This document shows positions 44,699 to 45,397 of a stretch of 45,397 nt of DNA, piece after piece (position 1 is the stretch's first letter; each line of letters opens with the position of its first letter). Source of the DNA: Chiloscyllium plagiosum. Lineage: Eukaryota. Below the pieces are notes generated by a model. The model searched no databases and had not been told where the DNA came from. It saw only the letters and a program-made list of their open reading frames with translations. The DNA lies in NCBI RefSeq assembly GCF_004010195.1, contig NC_057751.1, positions 4,480,536 through 4,525,932 of the forward strand. Reading direction: 5' to 3'. Position numbers and translations under genes: made by a program.

Positions 44699-45397
44699 AA
44701 GGACCCACTCTGTACTACATCCTCAGGAGAATTCATACTCTCAACAAACAGTATTTCAATTCCATCTCAAACATCAAAAACTGTAAGTACAACAAACTTT
44801 TATCTACCCACCTCCATAACCAGCGTTCCTCAAACATTCCAGAAGATTCCCCAGCCTCTGGAACTGCTCGGACACCATTAGCCATGCGGTTGGTGCAGCT
44901 GCCACCCCCACACTGATTGATGATGTCACTTCCGCCCCCATCATGGTCACTCCCACAGCCATGTCCACCCCTCACAATTCCTCATGCATCACACATGACA
45001 TCATGTCCGCCCCTCACATCATCGCTGATGTCACACGCTCAGTGACTTCCGCCACCCCTACTGCTGTGTCTGCCATCACTTCCGCCCCCACCAGCGCCAC
45101 TCACCTGCATTCTGCTGACATGCCCCCCACTGATCCCACTGTCACCATTCCTGGCCCCCAGAACCCTGAGGGGAACAGCACCCCTGCTCATGACTCCACC
45201 CCCATTCCCTCCACCATCACACCCACTCCAGTTACCGGCTCCGCCACCACTCCCAGCTCCAGACCCACACCAGATTCCAGGTCTGCCAAGTTTTCACCAT
45301 CCGTCCAGACCTCCCCCTCACTGAGGACGAACGATCAGTCCTCACAAAGGACTCACCTTCATCCCCCTCCGTCCACGCATCAATGAATTTAATACAC
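44699..45397 (+). mobile_element. Penelope-like element N-terminal ORF region, frameshifted, continues off the window end
   Basis: GPTLYYILRRIHTLNKQYFNSISNIKNCKYNKLL, a Pro/Thr/Ser-rich linker, then CQVFTIRPDLPLTEDERSVL/KGLTFIPLRPRINEFN. The last matches the L(S/T)xxExxVLxKGLxFxP motif preceding PLE RT. Confidence 0.8.

Noticed and set aside
44943..45386. 147-aa mucin-like ORF as a host gene
   Set aside because: It is flanked on both sides by PLE protein motifs in adjacent frames, so it is better explained as retroelement linker.
1..45397. Prokaryotic-type systems (operons, defence islands, prophage)
   Set aside because: Coding density is very low, and the SINE/LINE content identifies vertebrate nuclear DNA.

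Overview
This is eukaryotic, repeat-dense genomic DNA, almost certainly from a cartilaginous fish (shark). The basis is inference from HE1-type SINEs, CR1 LINEs with (GACTCTAT)n/(TTCTAT)n tails and SacSINE1-like SINEs. No known protein-coding gene could be recognised. Most ORFs in the supplied track are retroelement fragments or chance. The window holds many CR1 and L2/CR1-group LINE fragments, three SINE families, three solo LTRs with near-perfect target-site duplications (TSDs), Tigger-like MITE remnants, a degenerate interstitial (CCCTAA)n array, a 30-bp minisatellite and a 39-N assembly gap. It also holds three coding fragments of Penelope-like elements (PLEs). The most interesting signal is a set of about nine short (75-220 bp) PLE pseudo-LTR-derived insertions or remnants. 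Several carry minimal hammerhead ribozyme cores (CTGANGA-A-GGGC-loop-GCCC-GAAA-C-GTC), several are fold-back (inverted-arm) structures, and four sit between 9-14 bp direct repeats. Three sets of + strand splice-compatible exon candidates (about 1.8/4.6 kb, 14.6/14.9 kb and 36.5/37.6 kb) are reported at low confidence. Repeat boundaries were read by eye and are approximate unless a TSD is given.
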